64,000 bases of DNA from the human T2T-CHM13v2.0 reference genome, Homo sapiens, in NCBI RefSeq assembly GCF_009914755.1, contig NC_060944.1; one strand, 5' to 3'. Under the pieces are notes generated by a model. It did no database searches. It had not been told where the DNA came from and worked only from the letters and a program-made list of their open reading frames with translations. The stretch's first letter is position 1, and the number at the start of each line of letters is the position of its first letter. Positions 18,001 to 43,840 of this stretch are shown here, piece by piece. Both the position numbers and the translations under genes were made by a program.

Positions 18001-18250
18001 AGTCACCCTCACCCCCAGGGTGATTTAGTATATATATCTGAGTTAAGGCCCAGTCATTTGAATCCTTAACAAGCTTCCCAAGTGATTCTGCTATCCTTCA
18101 AACTTTGAAAACACCCACAGGCAAATGTCAAGATAACCTCAGGCTGAACTGCAGAATTTTAACTTAACTAAGTTTAATTTTATTTATAATTTCGTAAGAT
18201 GAAATCTATACTTCTAAATTCCATGAAAATTTTTCATGAAAAACAAATAC

Positions 18251-18411
18251 CTATCATAAATTAGACCATTAACTCCAAGTTCCTTCAATTTCCTTCTGTT
18301 TTCAGGATCATTGGTATCATCACCCCAGCAGAATATGACTAGTCCCTTAGCTTTTGCCTCTTGAATATAGGATGGGTTTCTGAGCAAGTCTTCAGTATGT
18401 ACATTTATCCC
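18251..18411 (-). CDS. GPCPD1: GPCPD1 exon 19 (161 nt; GINVHTEDLLRNPSYIQ...GVNGLIYD)
   Basis: cttctag / gtattt; phase 0-2. Confidence 0.97.
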
Positions 18412-18989
18412 CTAGAAGAAGAAAAATTAGTTGTGCATGAAAAAGAAACATTAACTGCAAAGCTAAATGCTCACACTCTAAATCAGTGCTCTCCAAAGTA
18501 CAGCAGGCGGGAAAAGAAAATGGTAGATTTTTTTCTTCCAATTACTTTAACTTATTCTTTTTAATGGACACTTCATACATAAATATATTCACAATATATT
18601 AATATATACATAATGTATAAGCATACATATTGAATGTGCAGTCAAAAAATGTACTAATGGAATGCTCTACCAAAACAAGTTCACGTTCATCTGTAAAATG
18701 GGAATAATATTTTTAAAAGGCATACAGTCTGAACATTTTTAGATTATTCATAAAATCTATTCAGAAAGTTAAACTAAAAAATTTAACGTATGCCTATAAC
18801 AAATTTTGTACTTAATGTAATTGTTTTTCATCCTGAGATCTAATATCCTCGCTTTTAAGTAGAGCCACTTGTTTGCTACAGTTTAGTCAAAACGTTAACA
18901 TTAGATGGGTAAAGTAATATGAAATCTTTACTACTACTCCAAAATAGAAAACAGAACATTAAAAAGATAAAAATTCAAACATAACTTAC

Positions 18990-19125
18990 CAGTAGATTTT
19001 CAAACTGTGCAAAGCTCATTGCAATGGGGGTTGTCCGAGATCTGAGGTCCATGAGTTCAGGATAAATCTCAGATTTTCCTTGAGTTAAAAATAGTATCGG
19101 ATATTTGTTCTGCTTTTGCCGAACC
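18990..19125 (-). CDS. GPCPD1: GPCPD1 exon 18 (136 nt; MVRQKQNKYPILFLTQG...FAQFENLL)
   Basis: ttttcag / gtaagt; phase 2-0. Confidence 0.97.
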
Positions 19126-19226
19126 CTGAAAAGAAACAATTTTAAAAATACCTTTCAATGGGGGGTAACTGTAATATTCCTTTTTGGAATTTTAGAAAAC
19201 ACTGAAAGTATAAAGAAAACAAACGA

Positions 19227-19890
19227 GGCCGGGCATGGTGGCTCACACCTGTAATCCCAACACTTTGGGAGGCCAAGGCGGGCAGAGCACTTGCGGTCAT
19301 GAGTTCAAGACCAGCCTGGACAACATGGCGAAATCCCATCTCTACTAAAAATACAAAAATTAGCCGAGTATCATGCACAGGCTTGTAATCCCAGCTACCG
19401 AGGAGGCTGGGGCACCAGATCACTTGAAACCTGAAGGCAGAGGTTGCAGTGAGCCGAGATCACACCACTGCACTCCAGCCTGGGCAACAGAACAAGACTC
19501 TGTCTCAAATAAATAAATAGATTTAAAAAAAAAAGAAAGAAAGAAAACAAAGAAACATATTCCCATTTCTCAGCTAAAACCACCATTAACATGCGTTGCC
19601 TTTTCAGGCCAGGTACAGTGCAGTGGCTCATGCCTGTAATCCACACTTTGGAAAGCCAAGGCAGGAAGCTCACTTGAGCCTAAGAGTTTGACACCAGCCT
19701 GTGAAAGAGGAGGAGACCTCATTTCTACAAAAAATACAAAATTAGCCAGTCTTAATGGCACACACGTGCAGTCCCAGCTACTCAAGAGGCCAAGGCAGGA
19801 GGACTGCTTGTGCCCGAGAGGTCAGGGCTGCAGTGTCATCATCACACCACTGCAGCCTGGGTGACAGAGTGAGATCCTGTCTCAAAAACA
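19227..19890 (+). mobile_element. two tandem Alus (AluS ~19227-19545; AluJ ~19607-19890)
   Basis: Alu consensus. Confidence 0.9.
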
Positions 19891-20246
19891 ATTTTTTTTT
19901 AATAAAAGATAAATACAAATTTAAAATTTTTTCTATACAAGAGCTAAAATATTCTCAGATATCGGCAGTGATAAATCCCTAGGGAGCTTACAATATGGTA
20001 AGGAGTATATGACCTGCCTGTAAAATAAAGGGTGTAAGGCTCTAGGACCTAGTAGGTGTGGACTTCACAGGAGTAGCAGGCACCCTAGCAAACAGTCAAG
20101 AAAGGGCATGAGGAAACACACAACCTGACATGATTTCAGAGGACAGATCATGGGGGAAAGCTGGACAACTACCCCACCTCCAGACTGCTGCCTTAAGTCC
20201 TAGACACATTCTAAGAGTATAGGAAAAAATACAGAGTATTACTCAC

Positions 20247-20383
20247 ATTGTGCAAATATCTGCATCAAATGAAGAAAACACTATTCTCCTCTTCCCAGAA
20301 TTTTCTAAAACAGTTTTTAAAATTATATCCAAAAACAGATTCATGTCAAAATATGTTGATAAGTTACCATCCCACATTCCATC
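20247..20383 (-). CDS. GPCPD1: GPCPD1 exon 17 (137 nt; [15 protein letters not shown]...[12 protein letters not shown])
   Basis: cactag / gtgagt; SSF motif; phase 0-2. Confidence 0.97.
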
Positions 20384-21771
20384 CTAGTGAAAGAGAAAGC
20401 AAAATAAAAGTCACTGCACATCCTAAAATCAGTGCTAGCAACTCTGTTTTTATTCTGGCAAGCTATGATGAAAAAACCCCTGACAGTATCTAGTCCAACT
20501 ACTATTTTATAGATGATGAAACCTGAAAAGATTAAGTGATCTGCCCAAGATCACAAAGCTATTTAGTGATGACACAGGTCATAACTCAGACATAGAGACT
20601 CTCATACAAAAAGCAAGTAACTATTAACTATATCATCAATACACTTTTGCATTAATAAAGTTAAAATAAAAGCTAAAACTCTAGAATTTTGCAGTCTGCT
20701 ATGACTTTATTTCCATAAATTATAAGACACACACATCATCTGCTAACAAATTAATAAAATGTCCCTACTAATTATTAATTACCAGTTTAAAAGTCTCATT
20801 CTTTGGGTCTTGGGCATATCAAGTAACCAAAAATTAATTAAAGTAACTCAATAAATATAGCCAAGACACCAAGCCAGCTCTATTGACATTCAAATGTTAA
20901 ATGTTTTAAGTATTAGTCACTGAAATAATTCTAGAAGCTCAGAAAACTAAAAATCACATTATTAGGGAAACCTTAGTCGAGAATTCACTACATTAATGAG
21001 GACCAGCTTGTCACAAACAGCATAATGAGGGCAATTACAGATTATTCTGACCAAAACAAATTCAAGGGTATTGCTCAATGCCCAATCATGACATCTGAAT
21101 TAACTACTTTCAACACCCCACACTCTACTACCCCAAGCCCCTTGCAATGCATCCCATCAATCTGCACATATTCTCTCTGATATAGTCAATAGTTAGCTAA
21201 TTGTTTTCCACAACTGAAATATAAGTCCCAGGAAGACAAGGCCTTATTCTCTTTTGTGGACTACTTGTCCCGAGCACTTGGAAAATGCCTGGTCCATAGC
21301 AGCTTTTCAAAAAATATTTGTTGAACAAAAAAATGACTAAATTTGTAAGTGATTTAAAACAACTGCAGAAATTTTTTTCCTGAATAATTATTACTAGCTA
21401 CTGTTAACAACAGAAAACTGCTTAGAAAATTATTTAAAACATTCTTATATGGGAATAAGAAAGTAAAAACTAAATCCAAGAGATGTGACTATCCACTTTA
21501 TAAGTATCTCCCCAAAACCACCATATTGTTCACACAAGACACATGTAAACTGAAATTTCTACAATATTCATCATTAATTTGAAATACTCACATACTAGCA
21601 TGAATGCAAGATATGTTTTATTTAAAGGGTCCAATAAGCATTGTGCTTGGTGGAGGAAGCCACAATGAGATTTCAATTTAGCTTATTCCATTAAAATACA
21701 AAGACAGGAATGGAAGAATTTTTTAGATAGGCATAGAGAGTATAGAATGTGCCGCATAGAGAATTACTTAC

Positions 21772-21837
21772 CCTTTGCTGGCAGATCCATTTTATTTCAA
21801 TGTTAAACCCTACATCTTCTGGCAAAGACTCTAAAAC
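21772..21837 (-). CDS. GPCPD1: GPCPD1 exon 16 (66 nt; VLESLPEDVGFNIEIKWICQQR)
   Basis: ctgtag / gtaagt; GDPD NIEIK motif; phase 0-0. Confidence 0.97.
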
Positions 21838-22551
21838 CTACAGTTTTGTTTGTTGGTAAATTTTGTTTTTGATGAGATGGATAGCAGAATAAGAAAACAA
21901 AAAAAATACAATTATTACTAAAAATAATAAGAATTTATCATTAGTAGCAATAAAATGTTTTGTGCATAATGCACAAACATATTTTGTCATACTCAAAGTG
22001 ACAACCTGGTAGATGATTATGTTAAATAAGGTCAAAAGAAATTAAGCAGCAAAAGCAGGAGTCTCAGGCACTGTCTGTGATAACTGACAAACACAAAGAT
22101 GGTCCTTAACCTCAAATCCTTTTCGCCATTACTAGTAAACATCCAAAGTGAACTCTAACACAATAGGCAACATCATGAATTCAAGACATTTGTCATGTAT
22201 TCTACATTGCATTTGGGGATGTCAATCTACTTGCCTAAAATCTATGAAAAACCATGATGTTTAGATTGTTTTGAAGGTGATGATGCTAAACAAATCCCAT
22301 AACTTCCTGAAAAGATGTATCCCCAAAATGAAAACATTATGCTGCAGCTCATAAATCAAAAAAGTTATAATTTATATAAATGACAAATGCTATCAGTGTA
22401 TCTAAACTAAATTATCTAGACACTTTGCCATCAGATTATTTTGGCAGTTTTAACTAGAAAATGACATTGAAAATATGAAACTTGGTTAGTAACCTCCAAA
22501 GAACGGACTTGTTCAGTCTTAAACAAACATGAAGCCCAGACATATACATAA

Positions 22552-25835
<3,284 letters not shown>

Positions 25836-27039
25836 CCTATATATAGTATTTTTTAAAGGCTCTTGTATGTATTAAACATCAAAAACCCATTTTCTAAATA
25901 AGCATCATGAAAACCAGTTTGCAACGATTAATAGACACCAGTCTGTAGACCCAAGAGTGATTATTTTCTTATAAAATTTGTACTAAAGTACTACTCTTTA
26001 AAAAGTAGTCACAAGCTGTGATTTTGCTATTTCTCCAGAGAATTAAGAGTTGTGTGATTTTGCTAAGACTACTATTTGAAATACTAAAATCAGCTCAGAA
26101 ATTACAAATTAAGAGAATATACAGCAACTATTGTGCTTTTGTTATTATCAATTAATCAATATAGACTAAAAAAAAGAATTATTTTCCAAAAGTGGAAAAA
26201 ATTAAAATATCAAGTTTTTCTTAAAAACACACATACAAAACCTGTATTACAAATTCAAAGACAAAATCATGTATAATTTTCCAGCAGAATAAACTAAAGG
26301 TAAAATTCATTTTATTACTAAGACTCATAAAATATCTATAAGCCTATATAGTTACGTTTATGCTCTGGGTGGGGATAATCTTTGGTCTTAAGCACTTCAC
26401 AATCTTTATAAAGATATTAAAACTGTATGGTTATCACAATTACAGATAAACACCTATATCTATAGTACACCTACTATATGTACAGCACCATCAGTCTCTG
26501 GGAATATAAAAACATTTTCCTACCCCTGAGGGGCTAACACTCTAGTTGAAAAGACAGGACATATATGAAAATAAAGGATTTAAAATGAATACAATAAGCC
26601 TCATATGAATGGCACAGCCATTAATTTCTATGGGAGTAGAAAAGTGAAGTGAAATTATAAAGGGATGTGGTAGGCAGGACAAAGCTTGCCCACGGTCATA
26701 ACAGGTAAATGAAGAGCTGGTTCAAATTGACCCTGTAGCCGGATTCTATAGTTGATTTACTTTCTACTTTGTAATGGTTAAGAATGTTTGGAAAGATTGA
26801 TAAGTATTAACACTTTGATCATCAAGCTAAGAAAAGCAATGCAATGGTTACTATACACATGATATATATTTAGTAGAAAACAAATGCAAATTCATTTCCG
26901 AACTATAAAATTACATTTAGAAGGCCCAGTATTATACTCATAAAAATGACCAAGTATCAAGTATGTGCTAAAATCGATTTTAAAAATCCTATTAATGCTA
27001 ACTACAAAAGGAAAACAGTGTTTCCATATTGGTACATAC

Positions 27040-27079
27040 CTTTCCGATCCTTAGATTTCAGTGCAGTCACATGAGTGAG
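27040..27079 (-). CDS. GPCPD1: GPCPD1 exon 14 (40 nt; LTHVTALKSKDRK)
   Basis: tttctag / gtatgt; phase 0-1. Confidence 0.95.
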
Positions 27080-27789
27080 CTAGAAAGCACACAAACAAAA
27101 TGAAATCAGAAAGGAAGCCTTAGCTTATGAAGAGATGGTTAACAGAAAATATCCTGAAAAACTAGCAAGATAAAAAAGCCTATAAAACGTAGAACTATCA
27201 GTTTAATAAGAATAAGCACTAGCCACTATATATATTTTATATGTGCATACACATTTAAGATAATGATCAAATACTCAATTAGGGAAGAATATAAAAATTC
27301 TTCACTAGATAACTGTTAATAGGGAATCATGCATTTATTTAGGTTCCTAATAGGGACAGGAAGAGGTACCATGTAAAATTACATGATACAAAATATTCAA
27401 AGGTATTGGAAATTAACATATATTTACCAACTATTGCATAAAAGGCCTATTGTAAAATAATGACCATTATATGAAGAAGGGCTACTGCAGAACAGAAGCA
27501 ACCTAAAGATTATGAATGAGAAGGGCTAGCCACTATGGCCTACAAAAACTTATGGTCTAGTTCGTTCCTTCATAAATACAAAAACCAGTGGGGTCCATGG
27601 AAATGGTTGGAGAAGACAGCTGGATCGATACAGAACCCTTCTCCCAAACAGAACAGAATACCAAAGCACATAGTCTACACATTAAATTTAACAGTCATCC
27701 CCATGTGCAAAGAGAACATAACCATATACAAGCAAGTACAATAGTCCTAAAGCTAAGGGATAATTTACATTTCATGTTATTATTACTAC

Positions 27790-27867
27790 CTTTAACAACT
27801 GGAGTTGGTCAAATGTTAATTCTTTTACTGGAATTTCAAATAATTCAACTGGATCAGCATCAAATTT
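27790..27867 (-). CDS. GPCPD1: GPCPD1 exon 13 (78 nt; KFDADPVELFEIPVKELTFDQLQLLK)
   Basis: long T-tract + tag acceptor / gtagta donor; phase 0-0. Confidence 0.95.
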
Positions 27868-28930
27868 CTAAAAAAAAAAAAAAAGAAAGAAAGAAAAAGA
27901 AAGAATAAAGAAAATTAAGAGAAAAGTAAGCCCTAAATTATTACTGAATGCTTACACTAGACAGGCCTAGCAACTCTATTTACTCAACAATGAGAATAAC
28001 TGTTAGTAGCCATACTGAGCCCATGCAGGACAGCCCTTCTAACCTAACACCACCTCCCAGCCCTTATATTCTGGCTTTCATTTTTATTGCAGTGTAGAAT
28101 ACCTGGAAGGAAAATGCAGCTGGCAGAAAGCTGTAGCGCTGAAGACAGCTGAGGATAGAACCAGAAGTCAGTCATCTCCCCTACTTCCTGTTATGCTGTC
28201 TATACATTTTCTTTGATACTTATCCATACTACGTGACTAGAAATCAATATGAAAGTACTATATAAAATTTATTTCTGTAAGTTTCTAATCTTTTCGAAGA
28301 CTTTTAAACATCTGATTAAAAACAGCAGACACACCAAATGTCATGAAAAAATTGTCTGATTAGCTATAAACCATAATACTTAAGCACTCTGAGCTACCAT
28401 GTTTCCCCCACAAGCAAATCTGTTGTATTAGGTTTTAATGTCTATCAAATGATCAATGTCACTCTGTTGAAGGCACTTCTACAGGAAATGAATTAAGGTA
28501 TCACCAATAAATCATCTGTCCAACAAATATACTTAGTATATATATATATATATACTTAGTATATATATATACTAAAATCCATCACATATATATTCATTCA
28601 TATGCATTGGTATGAACCTGTACATGCATAAAGTTTTTCTGGAATACACAAGAAACTATTAAAAGTAAGACAGTAAGAACAAGGAAAAACAGGAAAGATT
28701 TATTTCTCATTTCATAATCTTCTGAAATACTTATATTTTTTCTAATGAAGATGAATTGTTTTTATAAGAAAAACACCAGCTTAAAAATCAAAATTCAGTA
28801 TAAAAGTTCATTGCTTTCATTTCTCAATTAACTCATTCAGGTTCAACTTCAGATCAAGATATAGCCTGGTGAAAATGGGGCATTAGTAATATTTGAACTC
28901 TCATTGATTTTCAGAAGTAAACTGTAGCTT

Positions 28931-29235
28931 GGCCGGGTGCAGTGGCTCACATCTGTAATCCCAGCACTTTGGGAGGCTGAGATGGGCGGATCACCTGAGG
29001 TCAAGAGTTTGAGACCAGCCTGGCCAACATGGTGAAGCCCCGTCTCTACTAAAAAATACAAAAATTAGTTGGGCTTGGTCCAGCTACTTAGGAGTCTGCA
29101 GTCCTAGCTACTTAGGAGGCTGAGGCAGGAGAATCGCTTGAACCCAGGAGGTGGAGGTTGAGCCAAGATCACATCACTGCACTCCAGCCTAGGCAACAGA
29201 GCGAGACTCGGTCTCAAATAAATAAATAAATAAAT
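28931..29235 (+). mobile_element. AluS with a small internal duplication (ccagctacttaggag twice)
   Basis: Alu consensus; (TAAA)n tail. Confidence 0.9.
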
Positions 29236-29387
29236 TGCAGCTAGATCAATTAATCTCAATCTTGGCTAATAAGATCATTTATCACTTCACTCTTTCTCAT
29301 TTATCTTTTCATTAATGTTCTTCCATGACTAAAACAACCTGTTCCATGTGTTTGGTCACTCTACTCATGTAATCTGAATAGATGCAC

Positions 29388-29450
29388 CTCCTTCCTTTCC
29401 TCCCTTCCTCCCCTCCCCTCCCCTTCCTTCCTTTCTTCCTTCTTTCTCCT
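29388..29450. repeat. polypyrimidine/polypurine low-complexity tract (CCTT/CCCT)n
   Basis: read directly. Confidence 0.85.
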
Positions 29451-30454
29451 AATACCATTTCGCAGAAACAAAAGGGTCCTTTCCTATACATAATATATAC
29501 ATCATAATAATCCAACCCCTAGGAACTCTGATTAAAATTCACCAGCAGGTGGTGCCAGGGTCTTTGTCACACTCTTTAATACAACAGACAGTATCTGGTA
29601 CAGTGATGCTAGCCAACTAGACTAACTTTAAATCAACTCAGTTGGAAATTAATACCCAACACAGTTTTAGAGTCTAAGTCCCCGAGAAATCACTTGGTTA
29701 CATAGTATACTGACGTTTAGGGACTATATCATTATCATGATTATGTTTGTACAAAAACAATTACAGTTTTTTTACAGCTATGTAAGTTTTTAAATCTCAT
29801 TCTGGATCCCCCCCCGCCATTATGCCCTCTTCTCCATTCTTCTGGTCCCCTACTCCAATTCAGGCTTACCTTTCCTGTAGCCCACATTGCTGCTCGCCCT
29901 GCCTGCAGTCTCTGTCCTCTGAAATTCCTATTTCATCAGCTACCAAAACATTAGTCTTGAACATTTCCCTTTTCAGCTAAAAAGTATTTCCTACCCCCCT
30001 AGTTCTTGAGTCTAAACCTCTTCACTGAGGCCCTCCACCATCTAACTCCAAACCTCTTTTTGAATTTTTCACTGTGGCTCACTAGCCTTATTAATTGAAG
30101 AAGCTTGAAGCAGAAACAGCTGGAATCCTAGAAAACAAACACTATGATATCTTCCTCTCTTGCCTCAATATAGTAGCATAGACAGACCGCTACAGAAACC
30201 ACCTGGAATGTCCCTTTTTTGTAACATAATAAAGTATTTTCAGCAATAGAGACCCTACTCTAGGAAGGCAGTATTCCCATCTCATCACTGTCTCAATGTT
30301 GCAAGAGCATGAGAGGGAAGGACTGGCAGTAATTCACCAAGAAAATGAATTAACCAATTCTATTTAATAAGTAATTAAAAATATAAAAAAACTTCCTAGT
30401 TTTTAAACCTTTTACTTAACATTAAGAGTTTGAAATGAAGAAATTTCAACGTAC

Positions 30455-30547
30455 CTTTTTCATAGTCAAACAACAGGTAAGATCATGATATACCACGGGC
30501 ACAAAGTCCTTTGAAAGGTGTACGTCAAATTCTACAAAGGCTGCACC
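30455..30547 (-). CDS. GPCPD1: GPCPD1 exon 12 (93 nt; GAAFVEFDVHLSKDFVPVVYHDLTCCLTMKK)
   Basis: ctgtcag / gtacgt; GDPD E-x-D-V...HD motif; phase 0-0. Confidence 0.97.
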
Positions 30548-31896
30548 CTGACAGAAGGAAGCAAGTATTTGAAAAACATTGCCTGGTACACAGTACCTCT
30601 CAAACTGCAAGAACGTAAGAAATTTTTGTTCACTATAAAATTACAGACCTGTACAAACTTTTTCTAAAAAGTAATGTATTCTCTTAAAACAATGGCTTTT
30701 CTCTTTTGCAAAAGCACAGCTACTTTTTCCTGGCAAAAAAAAAAAAAAAAAAAAAAACGGACACAGATTCACTTCAAAACACTCAGAGGCACCGCAGTGG
30801 CAGTGAGACAGCCTTCGGGGCTGTTACTTCTGCAACTGCTATTGGCAGAAAAGGAACCCAACAAAAGCCCCAAGCTCAGGGATCCCACACATTGCTGCCC
30901 ACTGCCCCTGCAAACCTTAGCTGCACAGCTAACATGAAAGATTCAGTGAGGGAAGGAATAAGCTGCAAAGTGCCTTAGCTCGGCTCCTTAGGGCACCTGA
31001 GCAGTCCACTGTACAGCCTTTCTCAGCAAAATGTCAGTACGGAATGAAAGAGGAAGCCATAACTGCTGATGAACAGACAGAGACAACAGAAACAGGAAAA
31101 AGATGATGCTCATGTCCGGTTTCCTAATGAAAGCCAAACAAATGAGGAAGACATGAATTATAGTTAAAGCCAAATTTCTAAAAAGCAGATCCACACAGAA
31201 GGAGCAGGACTGAAATTAATTTAAAGAAAAAAAGAAAGAAAGAAAGAAAAAGGCAGATCCACTCACCCCTATGAATTAATTCAGTTAAAGTCTGTATGTC
31301 ATAAACTGACATACAAATATGTACCTTTTCTGAAAGGCCAGCTGCGATAGAAGGAAGCAAGGTTTGAAAATTCTGTAACACTACTTTACTGAAAAGATGG
31401 GTGCATTTCTACCCCTTACACTGGCTCTAAGTTGTCAAGGGGTAGAACTCAACTTGGGAATACACATGGATCACAGACTAGAGTCAAAGGAGTTCAAGAG
31501 TCTGGCGAGGAAGCCTACTTCCTTGCAGACTTCCGAAGCGGGAAACTTAGCACCTCTTATTTTAAACAAGACAATACCAAAACCCTTTCTACCAAAGAGG
31601 ACAAACCCTACCATTCCCAAGTAGTTCTAACTATTAAACATTTTAAGTTGTAGCTTTCTAATTTTTTTGGTTTTAGACAACCATAATCCTTATAGAAAAT
31701 AATTTTAGTAGAAGACAAAACTTAATCCCAAAATTCATCGTGAGGTTTAAGTAATAAGCCAATAACAGACCGAAACATCTTCATAGATATGTATTTAACA
31801 TTAAAATAAGCCAATAATAATTAAAATAACACATCTGAAAATGTGATCCCCGTGAGTTATAAAGGATTTCATTAGAATATGGAAGAAAAAGGCTTA

Positions 31897-35065
<3,169 letters not shown>

Positions 35066-35724
35066 GGTGGGGGCAGGTGAGGGTGCTTCTTCCTTAAATA
35101 GTTATTTTTTTATAGACCTTAAAATTAAAAAATCCTAATGATCTCCACAGCATCACTTTAAAATAAAATGGGGAGGGATTAAAATTTACAGTAGAAAATC
35201 TGTGGCATGAGCTATCGCACTGGTAATTAAATAAACTTACAAAAGTAGAAGGGGAAGACAACTATTCCAGGCTACAATCTAATGTCTGTTGAGAAGACAG
35301 AGCATCTTTCGTTGAGGTCCAAGTTAACTAATATTCCTTGAGTTTAGTCACACTTTTCTAGACTTGGGATAATGTTGTCCAAATCTTTGCATTTTATAGA
35401 TGCGGAAACTCAGACTCAGAGAGGGCAACACGTCAAAAGTAAGGACCATGACACAGACACACACACTGATGCTCCCAAAGCTTTCTGCACCAAGCTTTCC
35501 TTCCTGCCTTTCTACTTTTAATGTCTTCCTCCTTATCAATTCAGTAGATATATTAAAAAACTGACCAGAATCTTAAGGTTGGTCTCTAACCCCAATTACC
35601 AAATTACACTAAATTCCCTTGGTAAATAATAAAAACATCATTTGACCTTTGCTGAGAAAACCAGTGTAACTCTACCGAACATAAGCTACACCAAATGCTA
35701 ATCCTACTCAAATATTCAACTTAC

Positions 35725-35857
35725 TGGGCAGTTGTTGTAGAGTTTCCTGCACCTCGATGGCCAACATCCAATGGTATTCTTGGCTTCCAATACTTGGAAA
35801 ATGAAGATTTCATGTCACAACTGTATCCTGGTAATGGCTTAATAATTATATAGTCAA
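35725..35857 (-). CDS. GPCPD1: GPCPD1 exon 10 (133 nt; VDYIIIKPLPGY...LDVGHRGAGNSTTTA), GDPD HRG catalytic motif
   Basis: lies within ORF 35721..35939; gaaag acceptor / gtaagt; phase 1-2. Confidence 0.97.
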
Positions 35858-36127
35858 CTTTCATAGGAAAAAAGAGGGAGGAACAAAAATAAAAATGATT
35901 AAAAGGGCCATTATGAGCTACATTATATTTAAATACCACTCAAGTCAGCTTTATCAGTTTCTGTCAAACGGAAAAAAAAACAAGATTCAAAATGTAACAG
36001 ACATGCTCCTTAAATTGATACTAAAGCAAATTATTAATTTCATCTTTATCATTATCAAATACTTAATTTGAAACTAATTAAAATTCTAACTTAACCTTGG
36101 GTTATTTGGCAGTGTCTTCAACCTTAC

Positions 36128-36290
36128 CTCTCACTTTGCCTATTGTTTTCCGGGAATTTCTGCTCATGATGGGAAGAGTAAGAATTCCAGCACTCTTTCC
36201 ACTCTCAGCAATGGTGGATGATAAGAGACAAGCTGTACCCACATGTCCAGGAAGGGCATCACCCTGAACTACGTGCTCACTGAGATCTTC
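36128..36290 (-). CDS. GPCPD1: GPCPD1 exon 9 (163 nt; EDLSEHVVQGDALPGHVG...KTIGKVR)
   Basis: ttttcag / gtaagg; phase 0-1. Confidence 0.97.
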
Positions 36291-36338
36291 CTGAAAAAAT
36301 GAGATTTAAAATAATCTTAATTTTTAAACTTCTACATT

Positions 36339-36385
36339 ACATACATACATATACACACACACACACACACAGACACACACACACA
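36339..36385. repeat. (ACAT)n-(CA)n microsatellite; reads (UG)n in the pre-mRNA
   Basis: read directly. Confidence 0.9.
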
Positions 36386-36448
36386 TATCTCCTATATATG
36401 AAATGTGTATATATATATTTTTTTTTTCATAAAAACTTCAGTATTTTC

Positions 36449-40004
<3,556 letters not shown>

Positions 40005-40319
40005 CACATTATATCAATTTTACAACAAACTATTGCTACACTATGAAAATTTAAATAGAAACTATAAAAATACATAAGCTTAGAAAACCACTTATCTATA
40101 TAAACAAATGTTTTCTGGTTCTACATGTAGAAATTAAGACTAACTGCAACAGTAGCAATCTGAGCGGGGATAAGTAGTTCACTATTACAAAGCCCTGTAG
40201 TTACTAGAATATGTAACATTATCCCAAACTGTACACTTAAAGGCTAAAACCAATTGAGTCTGAAATCTACAGCACTAGTGAAAACAAATAGCCTAAGTAA
40301 CACATAAACATGGTCATAC

Positions 40320-40443
40320 CTAAATCTAGATTTTTTTAATTTTTTCTTGGTTATTGACACAGGAGGTTTTTCAGAATAATGCAAACGTAATCTTATTTCA
40401 GTCTGACATGTCAGCCATCCAGAATCCAGAGTTTCAACACCAT
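40320..40443 (-). CDS. GPCPD1: GPCPD1 exon 7 (124 nt; NGVETLDSGWLTCQTEIRLRLHYSEKPPVSITKKKLKKSRF)
   Basis: ctgtcag / gtatga; phase 1-2. Confidence 0.97.
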
Positions 40444-40555
40444 CTGACAGAATAAATATGAAGAACAGTAATTATTATACATGTTTTTTTAAACAACACA
40501 ATAAGTACCTATAGGCATTGATAATTCTAGTTCACATTCACTTTTTTTTTTTAAC

Positions 40556-41514
<959 letters not shown>

Positions 41515-42124
41515 TGAGGTTACATAACACTGGTACTCTTCTCCCCAAAGCAAATATACAGGTAGTCTTAAATTCTTCATTAAAATATAACTTTTATATG
41601 AAGTAGGGGGAAAAATTAAATGAATATTAATAATTAGCTATACTGTCACAACACAAATAAATTAAAATATTCATATTGAATCCATGACTAAAATAATACA
41701 AATCTATTTCAGAAAGAGCACACGGTACAAGATAGCATCTAACCTAGCAATTGTTCTACTAGGGATCACTGTTACACTTCCAAAGCGTCACTTTAGATAT
41801 TCAGCTGCAACTAGTTATGCCACTAGTGCCGGGGGTGTGAGATATCAGAAGGTAAGAACAGAACTGTGAGTCAGAGCCATATTCTCAAATTTATATATTC
41901 TGCCATAAATAAACTGCATGATCGTGACAACACTGTTGGCATTAACTTGAAGCTACTCACCTACTTAACATAGGTAATAAAATGTTCATAAATACCAGAG
42001 AAGCTGTCAACTGTTTTGGATCTAAGCTTTTTCATCAACAGAGTCAAAATAAATAAATACCAAGAAACTTCTCTCCTTAGAAATTCTCTCCTAACTTAAG
42101 AATGCTTAATAATTGTGGGACTTT

Positions 42125-42161
<37 letters not shown>

Positions 42162-42214
42162 AGAAAAGACAAGTGAGACCATGCATTACAGCTCAAGCAA
42201 AAACTACTACTCCA

Positions 42215-42587
<373 letters not shown>

Positions 42588-42919
42588 CTAAAGACTCCAA
42601 AACACTTAACACTAAAGCTATTCAAGTACTGTACACTGTTTTCTGATGTAATATAAACAATCCCAAACAAAATCAAGGAAAAGATGTCAAATTCCTATCT
42701 AAATACTGCCAGAGCATGTTCATTTCTACCATACATAAACATATATACCTAATAAAAACCACAACCAAAACATTCAGGCCTGTTCTTTCCTGTGCTTAGC
42801 AGGAAAGCAAACTGGTTATCAGCAATTTATCTCTGATTCAGAGTCAGTACAAACACAATTCCGCCCACCCGCTTTCCACCTTTTGACTCCTACAGTACAG
42901 CATCCAAAATGAGGATGCA

Positions 42920-43840
<921 letters not shown>

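Noticed and set aside
28527-28573. (TA)n with repeated cttag, quasi-palindromic
   Set aside because: Ordinary microsatellite slippage.
29864-29980. Strong donor AAG|GTAAGC in intron 12
   Set aside because: No convincing acceptor with a polypyrimidine tract upstream.
42128-42159. T32 run followed by GCAG, resembling a plus-strand acceptor or a retro-tail
   Set aside because: No element body, TSD or plus-strand exon chain found; treated as a homopolymer.
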